Shown: positions 1-13,900 of the stretch, in pieces
How the letters are laid out: the number at the start of each line of letters is the position of its first letter
How positions within the stretch are numbered: position 1 is the stretch's first letter
Source of the DNA: Octopus vulgaris
Lineage: Eukaryota
DNA: 64,000 nt
Reading direction: 5' to 3'
Assembly: GCA_951406725.2 (NCBI GenBank)
Contig: OX597817.1
Coordinates: 145,514,001 to 145,578,000 of the forward strand
Notes under the pieces: generated by a model
Database searches by the model: none
Told to the model about the DNA's origin: nothing
The model's input: only the letters and a program-made list of their open reading frames with translations
Position numbers and translations under genes: made by a program

Positions 1-141
1 TTCCGCCGAGGTCGACTTTGCCTTTCATCCTTTCAGGGTCGATTAAATAAGTACCAGTTACGTACTGGGGTTGATATAATCAACTTAATCCGTTTGTTTG
101 TCCTCTCTCTGTTTAGCCTCTTGTGGCTGGTAAAGAAATAG
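1..141 (+). mobile_element. tRNA-derived SINE family A, partial copy
   Basis: Matches the 3' two-thirds of the full copies at 38833 and 59170. Confidence 0.8.
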
Positions 142-286
142 GTATGCCCATGTGTTTTTAATGCTACCAAATATGGTATTTAGTTAAACTTTCACCTTGA
201 AAGAATTGTACATTCAAAAGCCATAACCCAGTTAAAACACATGTTTATTGTTACTCATTTGTTTATTTACTTTTTTGTATTTGCAG

Positions 287-463
287 TCACGTCAATTGAG
301 TCCATTACCAACTAGTCACAATTCTAACCAAACCCCATCTCTATTATCACATTCCTCTGGTGCCGGTATCCTCAACTCCAATGGCACTTTAGGTCCTGTA
401 AAGTTCTCACTTAATCGACACTCTGCTGCTTCTCCTGTAATTGCTTCAACACCAACTATCAAA
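287..463 (+). CDS. DCAF1: DCAF1 exon (Ser/Pro-rich linker SRQLSPLP...TPTIK)
   Basis: ttgcag acceptor and gtaaga donor; 177 nt, phase 0-0. Low-complexity linker assigned by frame continuity with the next exon. Confidence 0.7.
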
Positions 464-3400
464 GTAAGAGCCACATTTTGTTTTCCTCTTATTTCAGTTT
501 AGGTAATATGTTGTTTAAATGTCCCTTAAATATATATCATCATCATTTTTACAGCCATTTTTCCATACTGGAGTGTCTTAGATAAAAATTTGAAGCAAAA
601 TTTTCTACTACTGGTTGCTCTTTCTGGTGCTGATCCTTACTTGTTTTTCAAGTAAGGGATTATTTCATTGCACCAGTTAGCACATGTCTGTGGATCTATG
701 GAGAAAATAAACAATGTCACCATCTGTTGCTTAGCCAGTACTAATAACAACGTTCTGGCTCAACATTCACCACACCTCTACATCATCAGCATTTAACATT
801 CACTTTAGGCTGGTACAGTTGGATGTTTTGATCCACTAAGTCAGAGAACTATGTCTGGCTCCAGTGTGCCAGTTAATACATGGCTTCTACAACCAGGTGA
901 CCTTCCTAATGCCAACCACTTTACTGAATATACTGGATGCTTGCTTTTTTCTTTTCGTGGTACAAGCACTAATAATGTTGCCTTGTTGCTTGCAACATTA
1001 AAGACACCCCTTGACTGAGGGAGAGGATAGAAGATAGGATGGTTAAAATATGGTGGGGAAGTTGGGCACACATATTTATGATGAGCTTCCTTGAAGTTTC
1101 TGTCCACCAATTTCACTCAGTAGAGGAAACATTTGGTTCCTCAGTAGGAGAAGGTGGTGGGAGAGAATTGGCCATTGATAGAGAGAGAAATAAATGTTGG
1201 AGATGTATTGAGGCCTATCTACAGGGAACAGCAGGTGGGAGTATAAATAATAATAATAATAATAATAATAATTGTGTACAGTGCTCAGGTGCACTACAAC
1301 TCATCTAAAGTGTATATATAATCAGGTGAAGTTTCGGCGGATTTCGGAAAGCATGAGGGCCTTAAAAGATGCAGTGTCATGGCAGTCAACAACTGACGCA
1401 GGCAGTTTATTCCATGCTTCAGCAACTCTGAGCGTGAAAAAATGTTTCCGAAAGTCATGGGAGCTGTATTGTTTTCTGACTTTGTAGGCATGTCCACGTG
1501 TGTTAGACACATGGAGATCAAAAAGGTGTTCAGTGTTGTTGTTGGTGAGGTGGTTGATAACTTTGTGGGTGTTTACCAAGTCCGTCGCCAAACGCCGGAG
1601 CTTCAGTGAATCCATGCCCAGGGAAACAAGGCGCTCAGAATATGGTAGGTGTCTGATGGAGGGTATGCGTTTGGTTGCACGTCTCTGGACAGATTCCAGG
1701 AGGTCAATGTTCTGTGCAAGATAGGGGTTCCAAACTGATGATGCGAATTCCAAGTGTGGTCGTACCATAGCTGTATACAGTTTTAAATAGATGGCTGGAG
1801 AGCGGCTAACAAAAGACCTGCTGAGTGATGCCAAGACACCCTCGGCCTTCCTGACAATCTTAGAGATATGCTTTGACCAACGCAAATCACTGCTGACAGT
1901 GATGCCTAGGTCACGCTCGCAAGAGGATTTCTTGATATCAGTGTTGTGGAGGGAGTATGTGAACGCAGGGTTTTTTCTCCCAAAATGCATGGTGGTACAC
2001 TTGTCCACAGCCAGTTTCAGTTGCCAGTCTGTGATCCATTGCTGCATTGTGTCTAGGTCTGATTGCAGGAAAGAGTTGTAGACATCAGGATCTGTCCTCT
2101 TGATTTCAAGGTACAGCTTGATGTCGTCTGCATATTTCAATACTGTGGCATTCTTTAAATTGGCATCTATGTCGTTAATGTATGCCACAAACAAGAGGGG
2201 GCCAAGGACAGATCCCTGTGGTACACCTGATGACATCTCATATGGTGTAGAGTGCTGTCCTAGAACTGTGACTACCTCCTTTCGGCTGAGGATGAAGGAT
2301 TTCAACCAGTTAAAAAGGTCATCCCCCACACCCATTGCAGAGAGTTTCACCATAAGCCTTTTGTGTGGCACAGAGTTGAAAGCCTTAGCAAAGTCAAGGT
2401 AGACAACATCCACCCATGAGCCACTGTCAGTAATCTGAGTAATGTCCTCAAGGAACTTGACAAGCTGGTCACTGCAGCTGGAGTTAGGGACAAATCCATA
2501 TTGTGAGGGTCGGATGAGACTGTGAGAGCTCCAGAAGTTCCAGAGTGTTTCTCTGACACACGATTCCATCAGTTTTGCAATACAGCTAGTGAGACTGACT
2601 GGGCGATAGTTGACAGGTGATGTGCGGTCGCCCTTTTTGAACAGAGGAATGACACTGGCAGTTTTCCACTGCTCCGGAGTAGCACCATTGTTGAGACAGT
2701 ACTGGAAGAAAATAGAAAGCTGGTGTAAAAGGAAGTGCCTGCCACGTTTGAGAAGCAGGTATGTAACTCCATCGAGACCAGGGGAGGCATAGTTGCGCTT
2801 ATTTTGAAGGTGACGTCGCAGCATTGCAGGTGTAAATTCCATAGTTGTTATGGAGTTTGCTGTTAGTGATGGTGAAGATGGTACATTTTGACTTTCAACA
2901 GTGAATATGTTTGCATAGCACTCGGCAATGAGTTCTGCGCATTCCTTGGGGTCGTCAGTGATCTGGTTTGTGTGAGGGTTGCGAAGAGGGCCCACTGGAG
3001 AGTGAGGTCTCTGCTTTGAGTGCACATATTTCCAGAAAACCTTGCTGTCAGGATTGGCTGCTATGCACTGTTCAAATTCAAGCACTGCTTTTTTTGTCAC
3101 TTGCTTGAGATGGTTGGAGGATTTATTCCGCTTCTTCCTGTTGGTGTCTGATTTATGCAACCTGTATTCCCGTTCAGCAGTCCGACGTTCCCTCCTGGCA
3201 AGTCGGACCGCTGAAGTTTCCCAAATTGCCCTTTTGGGGCGGTTCTTCTTTTTTTGTTTACGTGGCACTGATGCTGCACATGCTGCCCATATTGAGTCCA
3301 GGATACTCTGGAGTATAGTATTCACATCTCCAGAGTTGTAGAATTCACGCCAGTTTGGGTGCTGTAGTTCAGTGTGGTACAGGTTCCAATCTGCTCTCTT

Positions 3401-4934
3401 CCAATCGAAGGAAGCAGATTGGAGATGGTTCAGGTTTTTGTTGCCCGCAAGAGCCAGATTGGCGATGATCATAGCATGATCAGAGTCACCTAGAGGTTCC
3501 TCCGTAGTGCAATTGATAACCGCTTCAGGAGTTGTGGTGAAGAGCAGGTCCAAGGTGTTGTCGCCTCTTGTTGGAGAGGTGACTACTTGTGACCAGTTTG
3601 AGTCCAGCACAAGCTCAACAAAATCGTTTGCACTCTGTGGCCAATGGAAGGTCTCCCAATCGATCTCAGGATGATTGAAATCGCCTGCAATAAACACATA
3701 AGTGGCTGTTTTCCTGGCAGCAGCTCGGAGGACATTGCAAAGCTGTGTGTCCCGATGGTAACTTGGGGGACGATAAACAACGCCAAGCAGGAGTGTTGAC
3801 ATGGTCATACGCACGTCACAGAAAAAAACTTCTTCTTGTGATTCGTTCAAATCGGCACAAGGAATTACCAAAAAATTTGAACGAACGTAGACCATCACAC
3901 CACCACCACGGCGGTTAGTGCGGTCCTTACGGAAGAGGTTGTACCCCGTAATGTTGAAAACCCCATCACAGAGTAAGGAATGCGCCCATGTTTCTGTGAC
4001 AGTGATGAAGTCAGGGTCAACACTTCTGACGTAGGCGTTGAACAAATGTATTTTGTTGCATAAACTGCGAGCATTTAAGGACAACAATTTGTACCCTGCT
4101 CGCAGTTTATGATGGTGTGTAGAGGATGGCAGGTTGTTCTGGCTTAGTTTCCCTGAGTTGCTGTAGTTTTTTTAGTTATTGTGGGTAGAGAGCACTCAGA
4201 CCAGCTGGTATCTCTCTTCCACGTTTCAGCAGTCTTGACAAATCTCCAGATTTGTCCATCTTCCCGAAGACTGAAGCTTTCCTGTAGAGCTGAGTTCCTA
4301 TTCAGGGAAGCCACTACACGTAGCTTTGGGCGTACATCGGACGGTAAGCCTGGGCGTGTTCGGAAGGTGGTCCGATTTTCCCGCCCAGCTTTAACTGAGG
4401 CCAGATGGTAAGAGGTTGCCTCAGTGGGGTCCGTAAAAGACAACTTGATGAGCCTAGGTTTTGGGCCAGGTCGTCCAAGGCGGATAGCACCCGTTGGGGG
4501 AACGCAGCCTAGGTCTTTGGCTGAGTTGGCAGCAAAAGCCTGAAGATCAGCCATGTCTTCTGGCACCCCAATGGCAATGACTTCATGGGTGGCAGAATCC
4601 GCGGTCTTAAATGCGACAAGAGGTACAGGTACAGGGAGGTTCTTTAGCAGAGCATTCCGATAAGACCCCTCATTGTGGAGTCCAACCTGAATGGTTGCTT
4701 TTATTCCTGCTACTTCCCCTTTTAAAGCACAGATCGATTGTTGCAGTTCTGCAAGAACCGCACTGGTCAATTGGTGTTGTTGTTGTTGCTGCTGTTGCTC
4801 TGGTTGTGGTTGATTTTGTTGTTGCTGTTGTTGTTGTTGATGTTGTTGTTGCTGCTGCTCTGGTTGTGGTTGATTTTGTTGTTGCTGCTGCTCTGGTTGT
4901 GGTTGATTTTGTTGTTGCTGCTGCTGCTGCTCTA

Positions 4935-4968
<34 letters not shown>

Positions 4969-7900
4969 CTCTGGTTGTGGTTGATTTTGTTGTTGCTGCT
5001 GTTGCTGTTCCGCCTCCTCCACGGGAGTGGCAGGGGGAGACACAATCGTCGGTTGTCAGGGAGGATAGAAGGGGATGCTCCATAAGAGAATATGATTAGA
5101 GATGGGGAAGACATGCCACAGTCATGTCTTCATCTTATGCAACAAATATCCATACTGTCTGTCTAAAGAGTTACTTTCACTCATTTAATCATTTCCTCTT
5201 TTCAAATAAATATATAATCGCTTTGTTTCCATTTAGGCCAACCAGGCAGCTAATGCCAGGTCTCAGTTTACGAAAGATCGACTAGAAGACATGACCATCA
5301 TGAAAAATATGATTCACAAACACCATTCTGATAATGAGGTAACATTGGATGGCATTGTTACAGAATATCTCAGGAAACAACATGCACTCTGTAAGAACCC
5401 CATGGTAACGTGTCCCCCAATGTCACTCTTCACGTAAGTGTTGACCAATTTTCAATTTCTCCTTTTACCTTAAGCAGGAGTGGGAGGGTGTCTGTTAAAA
5501 CAAAAATCATTGGTATTATTGATTTAGAATAAACTCCAGTATCATCATCATCATTTAATGTCCACTTTTCCATGTTTGCATGAGCTAGATGGCATTTACC
5601 GAGGCAGATTTTCTACAGGCAAATGACCCTCTTGTCACCAACCCATACCTGTTTGGAAGTGAGAGATTGTTTCCCTATGACCAGACATGCCATCTTAGAA
5701 TATTGGAACTGAGCGACATTCATTTACAACAACCATGTGATGTTAACACAAGGAGACGCTAACACACATACAATGGGCTTCTTTCAGTTTCTGTCTACCA
5801 AATTCATTTACTAGGCTTTGGTCAGCCCAGGACTTAAGTAGAAGGCCCTTGTCCAAAGTGCCATACAGTGGGACTGAACCTGAAACATTGTTAGCTGGGT
5901 AGCAAACTACTTAACCACACAGCCATGCCTGCTCTTGAAAAGAACTGGATTTCTTGTTTTAGTTTGATGAAACCAACTATTTTTTTCCATTAAGCCATTA
6001 TTCCAGGAGACATTTGTATTTAAGGGGTTGATTTGTGGTTGTCTGAATTTTGGTTTTGTCTTTTTTAATCTGTCACTCTTGAGAAGTTTTATCATGTTCA
6101 TAAGAGTTTGTGACTTCAGAAATTGTATAACAACCTTGTAATATTGTAATAACAGAATGTCATCTCATAATTATCAAATGCTGAAACATTTAAGCTTACG
6201 TCAGAAACTATTGAACGGAGTTTTTTGGAGGGTACTCAGTAAATAATTGATTTAATTAGTATTTCAAATATTTATTGGTTAAAGTTTGAGTATTTCAGTC
6301 CTGTTTCTGTAGGGTCGTTTACAAATTGGTGAAAAATGGCATTGACTCTATGGTGATGAACTGCTATCATCTGATCAAGCCATACATTGTTTCTTAATGT
6401 TTCTCCTTTCTATACATTTGTTTAAAACAAGAAAGATAATGGATCTTTTGTCATTTTCAGTCCTCATAAATGTCCTGATCCTCGAGGAAGTAGATTTGCT
6501 CCTACTTGCATTACAGCTAGAGTTAATAGAGCTATGGTACGTATTGAATATTAAAATAATGTTGTTGTTTTTGTATTTGTTGTGTGTTATTTGATTCACT
6601 CATCATCATCATTGTTTAACGTCTGCTTTCCATGCTAGCATGGGTTGGACGATTTGACTGAGGTTTGGCAAACCAGATGGCTGCATCAGATTCCAATCTG
6701 ATCTGGCAGTGTTTCTACAGCTGGATGCCCTTCCTAATGCCAACTACTCCAAGAGTGTGGTGGGTGCTTTTACGTGCCACCGGCACGAGGGCCAGTTAGG
6801 TGGTACTGGCAATGGCTACATTCAAATGGTGCTTTTTATGTGCCACCTGCACAGGAGGCAGTCTAGCGGCACTGGCAACGTCCTCGCTCAAATGTTTTTA
6901 ACACATGCCACCAGCACAAGTGCTAGTAAGGCGACCTAGGTAACGATCACACTCGAATGGTATTTTTACATGCCATCGGCACGGAGGCCAGCTTGTTGCT
7001 CTGGCAACGATCTCACTCATATGGTACTCTTAGCGCTCCACTAGCACAGATGCCAGTCATTCTCAATATTTATTCAAAGCCAGAAGACAGTGTTTTAATA
7101 AGTCCTTTTACTCAACGAAATATCTTCACTAATATTTAGATATACTTCTTAATAGCCAACTAACCTAAAAGTACATTTGTTACCAAGAATTCATCTTCTA
7201 TGGTATTTGCTTGATTATAAAACTTGGAATACTATTTATTTGTTACTTTTTAAATTGTGCTTGTTTTGTTTACATGTAATATTTACAGAAATGTAATACT
7301 ATACCCTACTTTACAGTATTTTCTTTGTACATATATTTTAACCAATAAAGCACGACTGTTTTATTCAATGCTTGAAAATATTTTAGTATATTGTTCATCA
7401 TATTGATCAGAAATGCTCGAAACTGAATTCAAATTTCCTGACCCAATTCTTATATCTCTCTCTATATAAACGGCAGTTTGTCTGTGCGTGTTTCTGTGTG
7501 TCTGTTTTCTCGTACCCTCACTCTGACCACGGCTTTCAACCGATTCTGATGAAACTTGACACACACATAGCCCAATGTCATAATTCAAAACTAACGCAGC
7601 GAAAATTTTGAAAAGTTCCCCCAGTTCTGAAAAAAATCGATAAATTCAACATGGGGTCGAGAATGAGAAACCCAAACCACAGACCGTCTAGGGGACGCAA
7701 CTCCACCTGTTTTAACTCTCAAAAAAATTTACCATCATTTTTTTCCCATTTTTTTGCTATTTTTTGGCTATAACTCTCTAAAAATGCTTTATAGTTATTT
7801 CCCTTACAAACCTGAGCAACGCCGGGCGATACTGCTAGTCATTAACTAAAATCTGAATATGGAGGACCCTGCAAAGTCTCAAATTTAACATATTATATTA

Positions 7901-10900
7901 AAATTTTTTTATTGACAAAAGCAATATTTATTGTCTCTGAAACAATTTATTTTGATATTTTCTAGTTTGATATGTGTAAATGTATTTTTTTCTGTTTTTT
8001 CTTTATATAGATCTCTCCTAAATTTGGTGGTATTGATGGATTTAAGTGTCACAAAAAATATGTTTACAGCAGGTTTGTTTATTTTTTCACTTTAAAACTT
8101 AGATGTTCTTGTCAGGTTAGTTTGACTAGCAGAGCATAGATGTGAAATGTCAAAGACATCTTCTGTCTTTCTTGACCATCAACCTAATACACCCTGTTTG
8201 TTCTTTTCACTTCGTTTTTGTTTTCTTTATTTTTGGACAATAGTTAGACTTTATTAAATATGTCACATTGCCTAACTTTGCTTGTAATATACAGATTAAA
8301 TTATCCCTATTTATATAAAGAGTAATTTTATTTAAAATCACTATTTCCATACCTTCTGCTCTTTAGAGCCAGAAACTGAACACAATATGCACACAAAAAT
8401 AAGTGATTTTAATTGTCAATCCTTTGTGTGTGTTTGCTTTTTATTTCCATAACAGCTAAATATTCTGATATATCTGTTAAAGGAATCTCCTCAAATTGTC
8501 CCATCTTTCTATCTTCTGTTAGACTTTTACATAAGGGAAGAAAGATTCCTCTGATGGGTCTTTTAAGAGAAGCCCTTCTCATTAGGCTTTACAGTTTCAC
8601 ATCTAGCTCCTGTTTCAGGAGTTTAAGTGGGATCTTGGGTATTATTCTAAAACACTGCATCTGTGCTAGTGACACAATCCTGCATTTCACCTCAACCTTT
8701 TCTTTTGGTGCTGGGTCATTTAATGAAGATCCAACATTTCAGTTTAAAAGCATTATAACCATGTAAGAAGAGGTGTCTTAGACTCGAATATCCAATTCTC
8801 AACTTAAGCTTTAAATTCTAGGATGCTCAACTACAGTGATCTACTGCCAGGATATCCCACATTTTTATCATTTCTAAAATTGCCCAGAAAACACTAACAT
8901 CCTTTGCAGGATTTAGAAACATTTTACTCATTACTTACGGCTACTTGTGCTTGTGATTCATGTCTTTGGTCTCTAGCATCATTGGTATATTCAGAAAAAA
9001 GTCACTTGTCTGGTTGATAAACTTTTCTCTGTTTGCCTTGAATTTAACATTAATTTTTGGTGTTTTCAGATTCAAACCTATCCGCACATTCCGTGATCCA
9101 GATGAAGATGGTTATTCTTCTTGTACATTTATTGTAAGTTGTTTTGTTTTAAATACATTATTCTATATATGATGACATTATTCTAACTTATAAACTAAAC
9201 TGTTTAACCAATTATAGTTTATTATTATAATTATCAATTTGAAAGTTTCTTTTCTTTAAAAGCATTGGATTTAGTATAAAGCTTGGATTTAGTTAAAAAA
9301 AACTTAGATACAATTCAGGTATATTGTTGTTTTTATTATCATCATCATCAATCCATCTCTGTTTATTATTTCTGGGGTGGTGGGGTGAGTCCTCAGGCAC
9401 CTCCTCCTTATGGTCCTATTAGAAGCAACCATCATTAGACTTTCCAGCTGAATCTCCAAATGTTACTAAGGAAGACCTTGGATATTATCCACCCATCTTA
9501 TTCTTGGTCTACCCTTAAGTTTCCTGCTAGTTGGCTTGACTTGAAGAATCTGTCTTATGATTCATTCTCGCAGCATTCTAATCACATGTCCATTGTACCA
9601 GAAAAGTAGCAACTTCATCTGGAGAGACTCCCTGATCTGATAGCTATAGGCATCCTGTCAAGTAACATTACTCTAGAGACCTTTCACTGGAACCCTGTTT
9701 CAGTTGCTTATATTTGCAATTGTACTTTTTTGGTCATTACCCAACATTCATGGCCACAGGTGAGGACAGGCATGGAAACCAAATTGAAGATAGTGGGTTA
9801 GGTTTTTTTGCTAACCTCTCCACTCATGAAGATTAAATGCTGAAGCTGGTGCATTACTGTGCCAGCACCTGTAATTCTAGCACCTCCTGCCACTTATCAC
9901 TTGTGAATATAGTCCTGAAATACATGAACTTCTCCACTTGCCTCTGTGATGTTCTACTAACGTGCAAAGTGCACTGGGAAGATTTTCTTGGGAGCACCAA
10001 TATCTCGGTCTTCACAACACTAATTCTCATCCCTGCCTTGCAGCAATCAACAGTAAACCCATTTAGTGCATGTTGGTGATCACCTCCTGATGAGCCAACT
10101 AGTACTGTGTCGTCTGCAATTATCAACCAATACCAACCCTACACCCACTGATTGCAATACTACTTTCATGATGGCTGTGAATGTCAATCCAGTTTGTGAA
10201 AATTATTATTACCTCCACCTTAGCGAAGGCAGAGGTATTGTTTTCGGTCATGTTTGTTTGTTAGTTTGTCTGTGGACAAAATATCTCAAGAACCACTGGA
10301 TGGATTAAGATGAAACTTTCAGGGATGTTTGGCCTCAAGACTGGCACGAACTGATTAGATTTTGGGACCGATCGTTTTTTTTTTTTTGTTTTTTTTTTTG
10401 GGAGTGGTTGGGTTCGTTTTTAGTATTCTCATTTGTGAGAGCAATCAAGTTTATTTCAGATATTCTCATTTTAAAAATCATCTCCGGTTAATCTTTGAGA
10501 TGACGGTGTTGCCTTGGCAGAGGTTTTCGCTCTCTGAGTACTCTTGTTTATCATGTATTTTTTTACTTCCAGTCTTCCAGTAATTTTCTTCTTCTGGGTA
10601 CATATTCCGGTGATTTAAAGCCTGTTAATATTCAAACTGGAGAGGTAAGTTAGTATTTACTACACTTTTATTCTTGTACTAACACTATGACCCGGCAACG
10701 TGCGCACATACACGCGAGTACTGTCCAAATCTCCAACCAATCACATACAGCTAGCTGGCATTCAATTGGCGTATCAAGTTTCGGGCATTTTGATTGGGTT
10801 TTGGATAGAAAATTCACAAAAAGTCACTTCTATTGATTTTTTAATGGCTTTGCGGGGTGACTGGGGAAATGTAAAGATGTGCCTGACCACCCTTGGACAG

Positions 10901-13900
10901 TTTTGAATGACCATAGAAAGTGCGAGCCCTCTAACTGAAAAACTGTGGGTTTGTATAAAGGACACGCACACAGACATTTTGCAGTTTATATATCTCTTAT
11001 TATAAAAGGCAGATTTTATCTGCCTCCCTTTGGGAGTTATACAAATCTACAATATAGGATTTCTTCAATTACAATTTACCTAGCAGTTTTAAGAGTACAA
11101 TGCATCGCATCATGCCAGGTCCAGTTTTTAAAATTTAAACTCCAATTAAGCAAAATTTACAGAAAACTCACATTCTGGTGTGTGTGTCAAATGCTTTTCT
11201 TAGTCTGGTTTACACCACACGCAAACGCACACACACAGTGGGCAACGAATAAAATGAAAGTAAATGTAATATTTGTTTCTGTCTATCACGCTGATAGATA
11301 CATGAGTAAAATGTATGGGAAGCTAACAGATAACAGTGAGTGAAAATGTTCTTGGAAGAGAGTAAATTAGCGACAGTGATTTGAGGAAGACTAAACTGAA
11401 ACTATGAAACAGTGTTTATGTATAAACAGACGACACTTATATAAACCCTTTCGTTACCAAACCGCCCGAATTTACCTATTCATATTTAAATGAGAATATC
11501 AGAGTAAATCTCTTTAGTACATTCGTGAAAACACGTATTATACTTCGTAAACACTTCAAATACAGTTTTGTACAAAAATCGAAGTGTAATTTTAATTCCG
11601 TGAATTATGGGAGATTTTTTTCGGAAATTTGTTCCTATTGTGTTTTCAAAATTTGTAATTCTGACAAAAAATGGATACGAATTTCATTATATCAAGCAGC
11701 GAGTCAGAATTCGAAGGATTTTCTACTGAAGACCTTCATAAATCTAACTCTATGACTGAAAAAAAAAAGCATCTTTATATAAGAGTGAAGTTGTGTGTCT
11801 GTCCCCTTCGATTTACATTCGTAATTACTCCCACATTTTGCGGTGCAGTTTAACCAAAAGCGGGTATCTTATAGTCGTGATTCATATCGAGCCCTTCTGG
11901 GTATTAGCGCGCGTCTACGATGAGTCTACGATTTAAAAAAATTTACCATCATATTTTTCCATTTTAATGCATTTTTTCGCTTTTATATAAGGGAAGTAAC
12001 TCTCTAAAAATATCTACGATGTGTCAACGATTTAAAAAAAATTTACCTTAATTTTTTTTCAATTTTTAATGCATTTTTTTTGCTATTTTTTGGCTATAAC
12101 TCTCTAAAAATGCTTATATAGTTATTTCCCTTACAACCCGAGCAACGCTGGGCGATACTGCTAGTATAGAGATAAGAGGATTCTCTCTTGGCATTGTAAA
12201 CCACCTAGCTATTGGTCTTATACCATTTGGTTCAGTAATCCACATTTGAATCCTTCTCTATCATTGTTCCTATCTGCTCTGCTGTCAAGTCATGTAGAAT
12301 TGGATTAGAACTCAAATCTTCACTTAAGGTGCTGATACTTGATACACTCAGCTATTATCTTTTAGTTTTTACTTGTTTCAATCATTAGGTTGTGGCTATG
12401 CTGGGACACTGCTTTGAAGCATTTTAGTCGAATGAATCAACCCCAGTGCTTATTTCATCATCATCATCATCATCGTTTAGCGTCCGCTTTCCATGCTAGC
12501 ATGGGTTGGACGGTTCTACTGGGGTCTGTGAAGCCAGAAGGCTTCATCAGGCCCAGTCAAATCTGGCAGTGTTTCTACGGCTGGATGCCCTTCCTAACGC
12601 CAACCACTCCGTGAGTGTAGTGGGTGCTTTTTACGTGCCACCCGCACTGGTGCCAGACAGAGCTGGCAAACGGCCACGAACGGATGGTGCTTTTTATGTG
12701 CCACCGACATGAGGGCCAGGCGAGGATGGCAACGGACACGAAACAGGGCGGTGCTGGCAACGGTCGCGAAACGGAAGGTTCTCTTACATGCCACCGGCAC
12801 TGGTAACACATCTGCAATTTCCATTGATCGATTTCGATTCTGATCCTCACTTGCCTCAACGGGTCTTCACAAGTAGAGTTTCGACATGCCACCGGCACTG
12901 GTAACACACCTCAATTTCCATTGATCGATTTCGATTCTGATCCTCACTTGCCTCAACACGTCTTCACAAGTAGAGTTTTGTGTCCCAAGAAGGGAAGGTA
13001 TGCATACGTAGGCTGGCTCCATCCCATGTAGAAGGCCACGGGTTATGGACTCACTTGTCCTGCCGGGTCTTCTCGCGCACAGCACACTTCCAGAGGTCTC
13101 GGTCTCTAGTCATTTCCTCAGTGAGACCTAAAGTTCTTAAAACTTGATGCTTATTCTATCAGTCCCTTTTGCCGAACTGCTAAGTTATGGGGTCATAAAC
13201 ACAACACTGGCTGTCAAGCAGTGGTAAGGAACACATACACAGATGCACATACACACATATTTTGCATTTTATCACGATACCAGCACTTTTTCATAAATTC
13301 ATATTCAGTCCTTTTAAATATCTGCCTCTCAATATCTATAACTCATAGACCACTTACGTAACATATTGTCCGAATCTTGCTAAGAGGCGTATACTTCTGC
13401 AGCTCCATTTATATCCCATGTTTACTCAATTATTATGAAACTGTACTAATTTGATTATTCTGACAATTTACAGGAGGGCCGAAGTTATAACTGTCACTCA
13501 TCTCCTATCACAAACTGCCGACAGACGAAGGTAAATTATTTCTTTCTACTATAAACTTATATAACGGTGAATATTATTATGCAAATACTATAGAACAGCA
13601 GTCAAGCTATATATATATATATATATATACACAAAATTTAGAGGACTGACCATTAAAAGTGGACAGCCTATACGCTAGATATAGACGTCAAAATCGCCAT
13701 TTTCCACGAAGAATGTGTTCTCAAGAAAAACTCAGCAAAATCCAAAGTGTAAAAATAAGCAAGACAAATGAAAATATACGAAATTTTAGTGGTCATTCCT
13801 CTAAATTTTGTATGTAAAAAAATTTTAATCTTCGGATTTTTAAAAAATATGCTAGGCCACTGGTTTTAATTGGTTAATATCAATTTCTACCCTTATTTAT

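Larger units (their letters stand above)
1247..5058 (-). mobile_element. CR1-clade LINE, antisense in a DCAF1 intron, ORF2 intact, probably 5'-truncated within ORF1
   Basis: Two ORFs, about 50-nt 3' UTR, (ATT)n tail at 1247-1272; more GC-rich than the flanks; no TSD found. Confidence 0.93.

Noticed and set aside
1500-3786. Several short ORFs overlapping the LINE
   Set aside because: Shadow ORFs of ORF2 with no independent motifs.
4611-5099. ORFs rich in V/A, L/W or T/A (4611-5099, 4738-4935, 4670-5083)
   Set aside because: Alternative frames and strands of the CAA/CAG repeat in LINE ORF1.
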